From an uncultured Clostridium sp. (GTDB taxonomy: Bacteria; Bacillota; Clostridia; TANB77; CAG-508), in the NCBI GenBank assembly GCA_946404215.1, contig CAMJCT010000004.1:22847-86846 (forward strand): DNA of 64,000 nt, in the 5' to 3' direction. Below, piece after piece: positions 9,905 to 21,109 of this stretch (positions are counted from its first letter, which is position 1; every line of letters starts with the position of its first letter). The notes below the pieces were generated by a model that made no database searches, was not told the origin of the DNA, and worked only from the letters and a program-made list of their open reading frames with translations. The translations under genes and the position numbers were made by a program.

Positions 9905-11866
9905 ATGGAAAATAAATATTTAAATGAAGCAATAATTGGAAATAAAAGTATGCTTGCAACATATACAGGGAAAGGAGAGCTAGAAAGATTATACTTCCCT
10001 AGCAAGGATAATAGACAATACATTGATTTTTTTCATGCAGGTGTAAAAATAAATAATTCCGATTTGATTTATTTACATGATGATATAAACAACATATATA
10101 AACAATACTATGAGTTAGACACAAATATTTTAAATACAGAAGTGACAAATACATATTTTAATTTGAAGATATTGCAAACTGACTTTATTTTAGTAAAAGA
10201 AAATGTTTTAGTGAAGAAATACACGTTTGTTAATGACGGAAAAATAGATTTAAATACAAGTTTTTATATACATTCCGGATTATTATCAGATATAAATAAT
10301 CATGTAGGTTGTAAAATAATAGATGGAGGAATGCTACAATACTCACATGATTTTATTGTAGCCACATTTGAAAAAGACAGAGATATCTCAAGACATCAAA
10401 TTAATGGAAGTAAAGAAACAATAAAAAGAGGGGAAATATACGACAAAGATTATATAGGAATGTCAAGTGAATCAAGTGTTTGCTATGACTTAGGTATTAT
10501 AAAGCCACAAGAGAAGAAAAAAATAGAAATATGTGTGCTAATAGGAGAAAATAAAAATATTTCACAAATTGAATCCGAAATTGAAAGAATAAAAAAGATT
10601 GACTTAAATAAAGAATATTCAAATACAAAAAATTATTGGAGAAAGTATGTAAAAGCACACAACGGTTTAAATTTAAAAGAACCTCAAAATAGTTATGAAG
10701 AACAAATATATGAAATTTACAGAAGAAGTATATTATTATTTCCATTGTTAACTAATCAAGAGACAGGTGGAATTATAGCTTCTCCTGAAATTGATGAAAA
10801 TTTTACAAAATGTGGTAGATATGCATATTGCTGGCCAAGAGATGCAGTATTTATAACAAAAGCTTTAGATATTTTACAAATGGAAAAAGAAACAGAAAAA
10901 TTTTATAAAGATTTTTGCAAAAAGACACAGAGTAAAAATGGAATGTGGGAGCAGAGATTTTATACAGATGGAAAACTAGCTCCATGCTGGGGGTATCAGA
11001 TAGATGAAACAGCAAGTGTAGTATATGGAGTATATGAACATTATAAATACACAAAATCCGAAAAGTTTTTAAAAGAAAATCTACAAATGTGTGAAAAAGC
11101 GGTGGATTTTTTGAAAAAATATGTAAAAGATTGGCTTGGAATTGAAGATAAAGATGAAAGAGAAAAGGATAAAGTACAAGAAGAAATTGAAAAAAGTGTA
11201 AATAGGCAAGGTCATAAATATCATGTCAGCTATGATTTGTGGGAAATGAATGAAGGAATTCATTTATATTCTATAGCTAGTATATATAGTGCTTTTGAAT
11301 GTATATTACAAATATATAGAATACTTGGGGATAAGGTATCTGACTTTGAAAATAATAGATTAAAAGAGGAAAAAATCAACAAGAATAAAAAAGCTCTAGA
11401 AAGATTGCAAACCCAAATAAAAAAATATATAAATGATAATCTGTATGATGAGGAAAGAAAGACATATTTTAGAAATACAGAGGATAAAAAAATGGATATT
11501 AGTATATTAGGTGCGGTTACTCCATTTAATGTATTTAAACCAAAAGAAAACAAAGTAAAAAATACAGTAGAAAATATAAATATGAGAATAAGAACATATA
11601 CAGGAGGGTATCAAAGATTTGAAGATGATCATTATATGAATGGAAATCCATGGCCAATAGCAAATCTTTGGATGACACTATACTATTTAGAATCTGGCGA
11701 AAAAAGAAAAGCAAAAGAAGCATTTGATTTTGTTGTGAAAACAGCAGGAAAACATCATTTCTTAGGAGAGCAAATAGATAATAGTACATTAAAGCCAAAC
11801 TGGGTTATAGGACTTGGGTGGTCACATGCAATGTTTATAATAGTGCTTGAAAAACTTTATGGATAG
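9905..11866 (+). CDS. glycoside hydrolase family 15 (glucoamylase/glucodextranase-like) protein
   Basis: 653 aa. GGIIASPE...YAYCWPRDA (the GH15 WPRD motif)...GMWEQRFYTDG...GYQRFEDDHYMNGNPWPIANLW is the (alpha/alpha)6 barrel signature. Confidence 0.6.
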   Translation: MENKYLNEAIIGNKSMLATYTGKGELERLYFPSKDNRQYIDFFHAGVKINNSDLIYLHDDINNIYKQYYELDTNILNTEVTNTYFNLKILQTDFILVKENVLVKKYTFVNDGKIDLNTSFYIHSGLLSDINNHVGCKIIDGGMLQYSHDFIVATFEKDRDISRHQINGSKETIKRGEIYDKDYIGMSSESSVCYDLGIIKPQEKKKIEICVLIGENKNISQIESEIERIKKIDLNKEYSNTKNYWRKYVKAHNGLNLKEPQNSYEEQIYEIYRRSILLFPLLTNQETGGIIASPEIDENFTKCGRYAYCWPRDAVFITKALDILQMEKETEKFYKDFCKKTQSKNGMWEQRFYTDGKLAPCWGYQIDETASVVYGVYEHYKYTKSEKFLKENLQMCEKAVDFLKKYVKDWLGIEDKDEREKDKVQEEIEKSVNRQGHKYHVSYDLWEMNEGIHLYSIASIYSAFECILQIYRILGDKVSDFENNRLKEEKINKNKKALERLQTQIKKYINDNLYDEERKTYFRNTEDKKMDISILGAVTPFNVFKPKENKVKNTVENINMRIRTYTGGYQRFEDDHYMNGNPWPIANLWMTLYYLESGEKRKAKEAFDFVVKTAGKHHFLGEQIDNSTLKPNWVIGLGWSHAMFIIVLEKLYG

Positions 11867-11892
11867 TGGTCCGTCCCCTTGGCAATAATATG

Positions 11893-11925
11893 TTGACTTT
11901 TAAATTTTTTTAGTATAGAATGAAA
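11893..11925 (+). promoter_or_regulatory. putative sigma-A promoter for gap
   Basis: TTGACT, a 17-nt spacer, then TAGAAT, about 70 nt upstream of the gap RBS. Confidence 0.4.
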
Positions 11926-11977
11926 TTACTCAAATAATTTGGGTAATACTATAAAAAATAATGCTAATAAGCATTAA

Positions 11978-13000
<1,023 letters not shown>

Positions 13001-13020
13001 CAAAGAGAAATATTTAAGTA

Positions 13021-13049
13021 AAAAGAATACCTAAAAAGTATTCTTTTTA
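13021..13049 (+). terminator. Rho-independent terminator after gap
   Basis: aaaagaatac-ctaaaaa-gtattctttt followed by tat. Confidence 0.6.
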
Positions 13050-13115
13050 TAGAATATAATAAAACAAAATTAAAACAAATTATAATAAGAAAAAACACTA
13101 AGGAGGAATTATATT

Positions 13116-13484
13116 GTGAAAGATAATCAAAAAGGTATAACTATAATAGCTTTGGTAATTACTATTGTATTATTATTAATAATATCTGGAATAGCAATAG
13201 GGAGAATTAAAGGAAACAATGGAATTCTAAACGAGAGCAAACAGACAGTTTCAAATACAGAAAGAGAGTCTGCTATAACAAAAGTAATGGCAGAGGTATA
13301 TAAAAGTCGTTCAAGCGATGGAACAATTAATATTAATAAATTAAATAATTATTTATCAAAAATACAAAAATTAAAGTTCAATGGTGGAAACATAACAGAT
13401 AGTAACAAAATTGTGGAATTACCAGCAAATATAGAGGTAAATGAATATAGAATTACTATAAATGAAGATGGAAGTGTGGAGTAA
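13116..13484 (+). CDS. small protein with a pilin-like (prepilin-type) N-terminal hydrophobic segment
   Basis: GTG start 9 nt after AGGAGG. MKDNQKGITIIALVITIVLLLIISGIAIG resembles a class III signal/pilin N-terminus but lacks Glu5. Paralogous to the N-terminus of the gene at 28225. Confidence 0.45.
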   Translation: MKDNQKGITIIALVITIVLLLIISGIAIGRIKGNNGILNESKQTVSNTERESAITKVMAEVYKSRSSDGTININKLNNYLSKIQKLKFNGGNITDSNKIVELPANIEVNEYRITINEDGSVE

Positions 13485-13751
13485 GTTACTGTTCAGTCTT
13501 AAAATTAGAATTGTTCTGCTTAAACGTGATTACTATCTAAATATTTTTCGAATAATCTCGGCTTCCTTGCATTAAACACTAAAAAAATCTAACTAATTTC
13601 GAAAGCACCCTCAAAGATGAACTTTGAGATTCCCTTTCGAAATTACCAAGATTTTTTAAGTTATTTCAAGTCGCATTCGATTAATTCTCAAAATAGTAAT
13701 CACTTAACTAAGGACTTCTAATTAAATATGACTGAACAGTAACTGGAGTAA
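13476..13751. mobile_element. MITE-like non-autonomous element (259 bp) with 15-bp terminal inverted repeats and an 8-bp target-site duplication
   Basis: TSD TGGAGTAA at 13476-13483 and 13744-13751. TIRs AGTTACTGTTCAGTC (13484-13498) and GACTGAACAGTAACT (13730-13743). No ORF inside. Internal modules recur at 35598-35783, 57381-57440 and 63905-64000. The left TIR recurs alone at 52828-52849. Confidence 0.65.
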
Positions 13752-13860
13752 AAAAGAAAACCAAAAGAATGCTTGAAAAGTATTCTTTTTTGGTATAGAA
13801 TGGTATCGTATCAAAAATATGGTAAATACTAAATATAAATAAAGTTTAGGAGGAAATAAT

Positions 13861-15045
13861 ATGAATAAAAAAACAATTAAAGACATTGATTTGAAGGGAA
13901 AGAAGGTACTTGTAAGATGCGATTTTAATGTACCGATGGATGAAGAAAGAAACATTACAGATAATACAAGAATAGTTGCAGCTTTACCAACTATTAATTA
14001 TTTAATAGAAAACGAATGTAGTATAATTTTATGCTCACACTTAGGAAGACCTAAAGGAGAGGTTAAAGAAGAGTTTTCACTAAAACCAGTTGCAAAAGAG
14101 TTATCTAAATTATTAAACAAAGAAGTGATAATGGCAAAAGATGTTATAGGAGAAGATGCTAAAACAAAAGCAAATAATTTACAAAAAGGTCAAATAATGT
14201 TACTAGAAAACGTAAGATTTCATAGAGAGGAAACAGACAATGATCCTGAATTTGCAAAACAATTAGCAGAAATGGCAGAGCTATACGTAAATGATGCATT
14301 TGGTGCTGCACATAGAGCACATAGTTCAACAGCAGGAGTAGCACAATATTTACCAGCTGTATCAGGATTTTTGATAGAAAAAGAATTGGAATTCTTAGGA
14401 AACGCAATTACAAATCCACAAAGACCATTTGTAGCGATACTTGGAGGAGCAAAAGTATCAGATAAAATAGGAGTAATAGACAGTTTGCTTGAAAAAGTAG
14501 ATACATTAATAATAGGTGGAGGAATGGCATATACATTCTTTAAGGCACAAGGATATGAAGTCGGAAATTCAATATGCGAATTAGACAAATTAGATTTAGC
14601 AAATAGTTTAATAAAAAAAGCCAAAGAAAAAGGTGTAAAATTCATGCTTCCAGTGGATACAAAAATAGGAAAAGAATTTAAACCAGACACAGAAAGCAAA
14701 ACTGTAAAATATACAGAGATACCATCAGATTGGGAAGGTTTTGACATAGGAGAAGAAACAATTAAGATGTTTGCAGAAGAAATAAGAAAAGCAAAAACTG
14801 TAGTATGGAATGGTCCAGTAGGATTATTTGAATTTGATCAATTTGCTGTAGGAACAAATTCAATTGCTAAAGTATTATCAGAAATAGATGCAACAACAAT
14901 AATAGGAGGAGGAGATTCAGCAGCAGCAGTAAAAAAAGCAGGTTTAGAGGACAAAATGACACATATTTCAACAGGAGGAGGAGCATCACTTGAATTCTTG
15001 GAAGGAAAGAAATTACCAGGTATAGAGTGTCTTTTAGATAAATAA
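13861..15045 (+). CDS. pgk: phosphoglycerate kinase
   Basis: [10 protein letters not shown]...MAKDVIGED...[12 protein letters not shown] are canonical PGK motifs. 394 aa. Confidence 0.9.
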   Translation: MNKKTIKDIDLKGKKVLVRCDFNVPMDEERNITDNTRIVAALPTINYLIENECSIILCSHLGRPKGEVKEEFSLKPVAKELSKLLNKEVIMAKDVIGEDAKTKANNLQKGQIMLLENVRFHREETDNDPEFAKQLAEMAELYVNDAFGAAHRAHSSTAGVAQYLPAVSGFLIEKELEFLGNAITNPQRPFVAILGGAKVSDKIGVIDSLLEKVDTLIIGGGMAYTFFKAQGYEVGNSICELDKLDLANSLIKKAKEKGVKFMLPVDTKIGKEFKPDTESKTVKYTEIPSDWEGFDIGEETIKMFAEEIRKAKTVVWNGPVGLFEFDQFAVGTNSIAKVLSEIDATTIIGGGDSAAAVKKAGLEDKMTHISTGGGASLEFLEGKKLPGIECLLDK

Positions 15046-15052
15046 TGCTCTT

Positions 15053-15085
15053 GGGTGTTTTTGGGGACACCTTCCAAAAACATCC
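15053..15085. repeat. GGACACCTTCCAAAAACA palindromic repeat unit (hairpin) after pgk
   Basis: gggtgtttttggggacaccttccaaaaacatcc. Stem tgtttttgg/ccaaaaaca. Same motif as 15754-15800 and 45601-45690. Confidence 0.6.
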
Positions 15086-15169
15086 TAAGCTAATTGCAAC
15101 CATTTTGGACGTTTTTATAACAAATTTCAAAGGAAGGAGAAATTCGTATAATAAATATATTTACATTAT

Positions 15170-15748
15170 ATGAGAAATAATTATAATATGGAATTATTAG
15201 ATGTGTTAGATGAACAAGGTAATAAAATAGGTGTAGAAGAAAGAAAAATAGTTCATGAAAAAGGTCTTTGGCATATTCATGTAGGGGTATGGATAATGAA
15301 TCAGAATGGAGAGCTTTTATTACAACAAAGATCAGGAGCTAAGAAGGTAAATCCGTATAAATGGACTCGTACAGGAGGACATGTAGATAGTGGTGAAATT
15401 CCAATAGATGGAATACAAAGAGAAGTTGAAGAGGAAATAGGCGTAAAAATTTCAAAAGACGATTTTGAACCTATGGGGATAGAGAAGATTGAAAAAGTAA
15501 ATAGTAATCAAAATATTATAAATAGAAATTATGTATATAGTTATTTTGCATTTGTTAAATATAAGTTAGAAGATTATAAAATACAAGAAGAGGAAGTTTG
15601 TAACTTGAAATATATGTCCATAGAAGAAATAGAAGAAGCAATGGAAAATCAAGACGAAAACTATACATTTCTATTTTGGAAAACAGAAAAATTTAAAAAG
15701 ACTATAAGTTTTTTGAAAAGCAAAAGAAAAAGTCTTTTGAATAATTAG
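15170..15748 (+). CDS. Nudix hydrolase
   Basis: Nudix box GGHVDSGEIPIDGIQREVEEEIGV. The start may be the internal ATG at 15188. Confidence 0.6.
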   Translation: MRNNYNMELLDVLDEQGNKIGVEERKIVHEKGLWHIHVGVWIMNQNGELLLQQRSGAKKVNPYKWTRTGGHVDSGEIPIDGIQREVEEEIGVKISKDDFEPMGIEKIEKVNSNQNIINRNYVYSYFAFVKYKLEDYKIQEEEVCNLKYMSIEEIEEAMENQDENYTFLFWKTEKFKKTISFLKSKRKSLLNN

Positions 15749-15753
15749 ATGCT

Positions 15754-15800
15754 TTTGGAAGGTGTCCCCCAAAACACCAAAAACACCCCAAAATTTGAAA
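15754..15800. repeat. GGACACCTTCCAAAA repeat unit (reverse orientation) between the Nudix gene and tpiA
   Basis: ttttggaaggtgtcccccaaaacaccaaaaacaccccaaaa. Confidence 0.55.
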
Positions 15801-15813
15801 GGAGAATATGTTT

Positions 15814-16566
15814 ATGAAGAAAAAAGTAATTGCAGGTAACTGGAAAATGAATATGCTTCCAAATGAAGCTATAAAATTTATAGAAGAATTAGCACCGCTA
15901 GTTAAAGACACAGAGAATGAGGTTATTCTATGTGTTCCATATACAGATTTATTTTATGCATTACTTACTGCACAGGGTACAAATATAAAAATAGGAGCAC
16001 AGAATATGCATTTTGAAGAAAAGGGAGCATATACAGGAGAAGTATCTGCCGAAATGTTAAAATCTATAAATGTAGAATATGTAATAATAGGACATTCAGA
16101 AAGAAGACAGTATTTTGCAGAAACAGATGAAACAGTAAATAAAAAGATAAAAGCAGCATTTAAGGTTGGCTTAAAACCAATAGTATGTGTAGGAGAAACA
16201 TTAGAACAAAGAGAAGCAGGAGAAACAGTAGCAATAATTACAAAACAAACAGAGCTAGCATTAGAAGGATTAACAGAAAATCAAGTTCAAAATACAATAA
16301 TTGCATATGAACCTATTTGGGCTATTGGCACAGGCAAAACAGCGACAAAGGAAGATGCTAATGAAAGCATAAGGGCAATAAGAGAGAAAATTGTAGAAAA
16401 ATATGGACAAATGGTAGCAAAAGGAGTTATAATACAATATGGCGGAAGCGTCAAAAGCTCAAATGCAAAGGAATTATTCGAAATGTCAGATATAGATGGT
16501 GGACTTGTTGGAGGTGCAAGTCTTAATGCAGAAGAGTTTGGCAAAATAGTTAATTTTGAAAGATAA
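15814..16566 (+). CDS. tpiA: triose-phosphate isomerase
   Basis: KKKVIAGNWKMN...IIGHSERR...AYEPIWAIGTG...QYGGS are TIM motifs. The ATG at 15814 has better RBS spacing than 15808. Confidence 0.85.
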   Translation: MKKKVIAGNWKMNMLPNEAIKFIEELAPLVKDTENEVILCVPYTDLFYALLTAQGTNIKIGAQNMHFEEKGAYTGEVSAEMLKSINVEYVIIGHSERRQYFAETDETVNKKIKAAFKVGLKPIVCVGETLEQREAGETVAIITKQTELALEGLTENQVQNTIIAYEPIWAIGTGKTATKEDANESIRAIREKIVEKYGQMVAKGVIIQYGGSVKSSNAKELFEMSDIDGGLVGGASLNAEEFGKIVNFER

Positions 16567-16659
16567 CTAAATATGATTAACTATATATGGTATAAAAATA
16601 TTTAAATACATAAAGATATAGTTAAGTGTAAGAGAAGAGAAGAAAAGGAAGGTAACGCA

Positions 16660-18201
16660 ATGAAAGATAAACTAACAATGCTAATGATATTAGATGGTTT
16701 TGGTGATAATCCAAATAAAGATGGAAATGCAGTAAAGCTAGCCAAAAAACCTAATATAGATAAACTAATGAAAAAGTATTCAAATGTAGATATATTCACA
16801 AGTGGTTTAGCTGTAGGACTACCAGAAGGGCAAATGGGAAATTCAGAAGTTGGACATACAAATATTGGAGCTGGTAGAATTGTTTATCAGGAATTAACAA
16901 GAATAACAAAATCAATAGAAGATGGAGATTTTTTCACAAACACAGAATTTATAGAAGCAATTGAAAATTGCAAAAAAAATAATTCAAAATTACACATTTT
17001 AGGGTTATTATCAGACGGAGGGGTTCATAGTCATAATCGCCATTTATATGGGTTATTAGAAATGGCAAAAAGAAGAGACTTTGAAAATATATATGTACAT
17101 TGCTTTTTAGATGGAAGAGATACTCCACCAGCATCAGCAGAAGGATATATTCTAGAGTTACAGGAAAAAATGAATGAAAAGAAAATTGGGAAAATAGCAA
17201 GTATATCTGGAAGATTTTATAGTATGGATAGAGACAAAAGATGGGAAAGAGTAAAAAAATGTTATGATGCATTAGTAAAAGGAGAAGGAAAAAAGGCTAG
17301 TAGTGCAATAAAGGCAATAGAGGATTCTTACCAAAAAGAAGTGTTTGATGAATTTGTTGAACCAACAATAATTTGCAATGGTGATGAACCAATTGCAAAA
17401 ATTGAAAAAAATGATTCTGTTATATTTTTCAATTTTAGACCAGATAGAGCAAGAGAAATAACTAGAGCCTTAGTTGACCCAAAATTTGATGGTTTTGAGA
17501 CAAAGAAAGATTTAAATTTACATTTTGTATGCTTTACAAACTATGACGAAACTATGCCAAATGTTTATATAGCCTTTAAAAAAGAACCATTATATAATAC
17601 ATTTGGTGAATATATAAGCAAAAAAGGTTATACACAACTTCGTATAGCTGAAACAGAAAAATATGCACACGTTACATTTTTCTTTAACGGAGGAGAAGAA
17701 AAACAATATGAAGGAGAAGATAGAATTCTTGTACCATCTCCAAAAGTAGAAACATATGACTTAAAACCAGAAATGAGTGCATATGAAGTTACTGAAAAAG
17801 TTATAGAAGCAATAAAAAATGACAAATATGATTGTATAATTTTAAATTTTGCAAATACAGACATGGTAGGACATACCGGAAGCTTAGAAGCAGCAATAAA
17901 AGCTGTGGAGACAGTAGATGAATGTGTTGGAAAAATAGTTGCACTAGTAGAAGAAAAAAAAGGTAATCTACTTATAACAGCAGATCACGGAAATGCTGAA
18001 CAAATGATAGACTATAAAACAGGTGAGCCTCATACAGCACATACAACAAATCCTGTTCCACTTATATTAGTTACATCAGATAAAAACATAAAACTTAAAA
18101 CAGAAGGAAAACTAGCAGATTTAGCACCAACAATGCTTGATTTAATGAATCTTGAAAAACCTGAAGAGATGACAGGTAATAGTTTATTAGATAAGGAATA
18201 G
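16660..18201 (+). CDS. gpmI: 2,3-bisphosphoglycerate-independent phosphoglycerate mutase
   Basis: LMILDGFG...[18 protein letters not shown]...[11 protein letters not shown] are iPGM motifs. 513 aa. Confidence 0.9.
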   Translation: MKDKLTMLMILDGFGDNPNKDGNAVKLAKKPNIDKLMKKYSNVDIFTSGLAVGLPEGQMGNSEVGHTNIGAGRIVYQELTRITKSIEDGDFFTNTEFIEAIENCKKNNSKLHILGLLSDGGVHSHNRHLYGLLEMAKRRDFENIYVHCFLDGRDTPPASAEGYILELQEKMNEKKIGKIASISGRFYSMDRDKRWERVKKCYDALVKGEGKKASSAIKAIEDSYQKEVFDEFVEPTIICNGDEPIAKIEKNDSVIFFNFRPDRAREITRALVDPKFDGFETKKDLNLHFVCFTNYDETMPNVYIAFKKEPLYNTFGEYISKKGYTQLRIAETEKYAHVTFFFNGGEEKQYEGEDRILVPSPKVETYDLKPEMSAYEVTEKVIEAIKNDKYDCIILNFANTDMVGHTGSLEAAIKAVETVDECVGKIVALVEEKKGNLLITADHGNAEQMIDYKTGEPHTAHTTNPVPLILVTSDKNIKLKTEGKLADLAPTMLDLMNLEKPEEMTGNSLLDKE

Positions 18202-18206
18202 AGTAA

Positions 18207-18932
18207 ATGTTAAATCATACAAAAAAAATAAAAGAAATTTACGAAGAAATCCAAAGAAAAATATATTATATGATACCTGAAAGATGGGAAGAGCTATATC
18301 TATACAGTGCTGTATTAGATGAACCAGACCGAGAAGGAAAAACAGGAGAGCTGTTTTTCTATTATATTCCTAAAGGAATACTAAAGAAAAGACCAGTAAA
18401 TGTATATGAAATTCCATCTAGATTCAATTTAGAAGAAACAGAATATTTAAAATTGGTAGATGTTTTATATCAAAAAATTAAGAAACTAAGAAACGAATTC
18501 AAAAAGTCTGAAAGTGAAAAAATATGGACTAATATTACAATGTCTATACATGGAATAAAATTTAGAGTTGATTATGATTATACAGATTTGCAAAATTCTG
18601 AATTTTCAAGCTATGAAAGACATGTGATTTGGAGAAGTGAATATTTAAACATAAGTGAAAACCAATTAAGTAGAACAGAGAAAGATATTATAAATAGATT
18701 CAAATTAAGTGAAAAAACACTAGCAAAGAAGGACCATTACGATACTGGAATTTATATAAAAAATATTGATAATATGGTCACATATAGCACCAAAAATTAT
18801 GAAGAAGGTTACGATAAAATAGATGACAATTCATGCAATAAAAAATTTAAAAATCAGATTTTATCTTCTAAAGAAGAAATATATAGAATGAAAAATATTA
18901 AGAGAAATGAAGAAGATAAAAAAGAAGAATAA
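18207..18932 (+). CDS. DUF600/YezG-like immunity-type protein with a C-terminal K/E-rich extension
   Basis: EIYEEIQRKIYYMIPERWEELYLYS...ELFFYYIPKG...LYQKIKKLRNEF...WTNITMSIHGIKFRVDYDYTDLQNSEF matches the DUF600 pattern (polymorphic-toxin immunity proteins). No adjacent LXG/WXG toxin gene. Confidence 0.5.
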   Translation: MLNHTKKIKEIYEEIQRKIYYMIPERWEELYLYSAVLDEPDREGKTGELFFYYIPKGILKKRPVNVYEIPSRFNLEETEYLKLVDVLYQKIKKLRNEFKKSESEKIWTNITMSIHGIKFRVDYDYTDLQNSEFSSYERHVIWRSEYLNISENQLSRTEKDIINRFKLSEKTLAKKDHYDTGIYIKNIDNMVTYSTKNYEEGYDKIDDNSCNKKFKNQILSSKEEIYRMKNIKRNEEDKKEE

Positions 18933-18995
18933 TTATAAAAAAGTTATTTAACTTTAGGGAAAGCCTAAGAATAATATATAATTAAAAACAAAGAA

Positions 18996-19706
18996 TTGAA
19001 AGGAGCAATTAAGATGATTTATTCAAAAGAATTAGAAGGAATGTGCCAAGTAGCAAAAGGAGTAGACCATGGACCAGCACCAATTCCAGAAGAAGGAAAA
19101 TGGGTAAAAGCAAAAGAAATAAAAGATATTTCAGGTTTAACACATGGTATAGGATGGTGTGCACCACAACAAGGAGCATGTAAATTAACATTAAATGTAA
19201 AAGATGGAATTATTCAAGAAGCTTTAATAGAAACAATAGGATGTTCTGGAATGACACATTCAGCTGCTATGGCAGGAGAAATATTAACTGGAAAAACAAT
19301 ATTAGAGGCATTAAATACAGACTTAGTATGTGATGCAATAAATACAGCTATGAGAGAATTGTTTTTACAAATAGTATATGGAAGAACACAAACAGCATTT
19401 TCAGAAGGAGGACTTCCAGTAGGCGCAGGACTTGAAGATTTAGGAAAAGGACATACATCACAAGTTGGAACAATTTACTCTAGTTCATTAAAAGGACCTA
19501 GATACTTAAACTTAGCAGAAGGATATATAGTAGAATTAGGACTAGATAAAGATGACCAAATAATTGGCTATAAATATGTACATATTGGAAAAATGATGGA
19601 TAATATAAAAGCAGGAATTAATCCAATGGAATCAATTGAAAAAGCTTCAGGAACTTATGGAAGATTTGATGAAGCTACTAAGAAAATAGATCCACGTCAA
19701 GCTTAA
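18996..19706 (+). CDS. NifU/IscU-like Fe-S scaffold-domain protein
   Basis: HGIGWCAPQQGACKLTLNVKDGIIQEALIETIGCSGMTHSAAMAGEILTGKTILEAL resembles the IscU three-Cys scaffold. 236 aa. Confidence 0.45.
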   Translation: MKGAIKMIYSKELEGMCQVAKGVDHGPAPIPEEGKWVKAKEIKDISGLTHGIGWCAPQQGACKLTLNVKDGIIQEALIETIGCSGMTHSAAMAGEILTGKTILEALNTDLVCDAINTAMRELFLQIVYGRTQTAFSEGGLPVGAGLEDLGKGHTSQVGTIYSSSLKGPRYLNLAEGYIVELGLDKDDQIIGYKYVHIGKMMDNIKAGINPMESIEKASGTYGRFDEATKKIDPRQA

Positions 19707-19932
19707 AACGAATGAAAAGCACTATCTTGCGTTGTCAAACTTCGACGTACCAACGTACGCCTTGAGCTTGCCCATTTGTATAAAAATGCACATCTCACTA
19801 ATTTGAATCAATTTATATAATAAGATAGTAAATTCGGAGAATTGATATGGAAGGACAAATAATATATCAAAAAGAGCATAATTTAGATAGTGTTAATTGA
19901 TATATTAACAAATTTAAGGAGGAATAAAAATT

Positions 19933-20934
19933 ATGGCAGTAACATTTGAAAGTTATGAAAGAAGAATAGACCAAATAAAACCAGTAATGGAAAAATACGG
20001 AATTAAAGATTTCGAAGATGCATTAAAAATATGTACAGACAAAGGATTTAATCCATACGAAATAGTAAAAGGAGTTCAACCAATCTGCTTTGAAAACGCA
20101 GCATGGGCATACACTTTAGGTGCAGCTATAGCAGTAAAAAAAGGATGCACAAAAGCAGCAGATGCAGCTAAAGCAATTGGAGAAGGTCTGCAAGCATTTT
20201 GTATACCAGGTTCTGTTGCAGATGATAGAAAAGTAGGGTTAGGACATGGAAATTTAGCATCTATGTTATTATCTGAAGAAACAAAATGTTTTGCATTTTT
20301 AGCAGGGCATGAAAGCTTTGCAGCAGCAGAAGGAGCAATTGGTATTGCAAAATCAGCAAATAAAGTTAGAAAAGAACCATTAAGAGTAATTTTAAATGGA
20401 CTTGGAAAAGATGCAGCCCAAGTAATATCAAGAATTAATGGATTTACATATGTAAAAACAGATTTTGATTTCTTTACAGGAAAAGTTAATGTAGTAGAAG
20501 AAATAGCATATTCAGATGGAGAAAGAAGCAAAGTTAGATGTTACGGAGCAAACGATGTTAGAGAAGGAGTAGCAATTATGTGGATGGAAGATGTTGATGT
20601 TTCAATAACAGGAAACTCAACAAATCCAACAAGATTCCAACATCCAGTTGCAGGAACATATAAAAAAGAGAGAATTGAAGCAGGAAAGAAATATTTCTCA
20701 GTAGCTAGTGGTGGTGGAACAGGAAGAACACTTCATCCAGACAATATGGCTGCTGGACCAGCTTCATATGGTATGACAGATACAATGGGAAGAATGCATT
20801 CAGACGCACAATTTGCAGGAAGTTCGTCTGTACCAGCACACGTTGAAATGATGGGACTAATTGGTATGGGAAATAATCCTATGGTTGGTGCATCAGTAGC
20901 AGTAGCTGTGGCAGTAGAAGAATCAATGAAATAA
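19933..20934 (+). CDS. GGGtGRT family protein (conserved, function unknown)
   Basis: Contains the eponymous SVASGGGTGRTLHP motif. 333 aa, Ala/Gly-rich. Co-directional with the NifU-like gene upstream. Confidence 0.6.
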   Translation: MAVTFESYERRIDQIKPVMEKYGIKDFEDALKICTDKGFNPYEIVKGVQPICFENAAWAYTLGAAIAVKKGCTKAADAAKAIGEGLQAFCIPGSVADDRKVGLGHGNLASMLLSEETKCFAFLAGHESFAAAEGAIGIAKSANKVRKEPLRVILNGLGKDAAQVISRINGFTYVKTDFDFFTGKVNVVEEIAYSDGERSKVRCYGANDVREGVAIMWMEDVDVSITGNSTNPTRFQHPVAGTYKKERIEAGKKYFSVASGGGTGRTLHPDNMAAGPASYGMTDTMGRMHSDAQFAGSSSVPAHVEMMGLIGMGNNPMVGASVAVAVAVEESMK

Positions 20935-20935
20935 A

Positions 20936-21019
20936 AAAGACTAGGTATGTAGCGAAACCAAAATGTTAGACATATTTGTTTAATAATTTGGTTTCACTAC
21001 AAGTAAGCCTAGTCTTTTA
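20936..21019 (+). terminator. long compound hairpin (two nested stems) after the GGGtGRT gene, terminator-like
   Basis: aaaagactagg...cgaaaccaaa ... tttggtttc...cctagtctttt. Confidence 0.45.
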
Positions 21020-21109
21020 AATTGCAATATGTAAATATATTGCCTCTTTATTTTTTTAAAAATATATGCTATAATAATATTAGTGATATAAAAAGGGAGG
21101 ATTTTTATA

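Noticed and set aside
19710-19800. Imperfect dyad cgacgtaccaacgtacgcc after the NifU-like gene as a terminator or repeat-family member
   Set aside because: The stem is only 5 bp with no T-run. Similarity to the other repeat families is too weak to assert.
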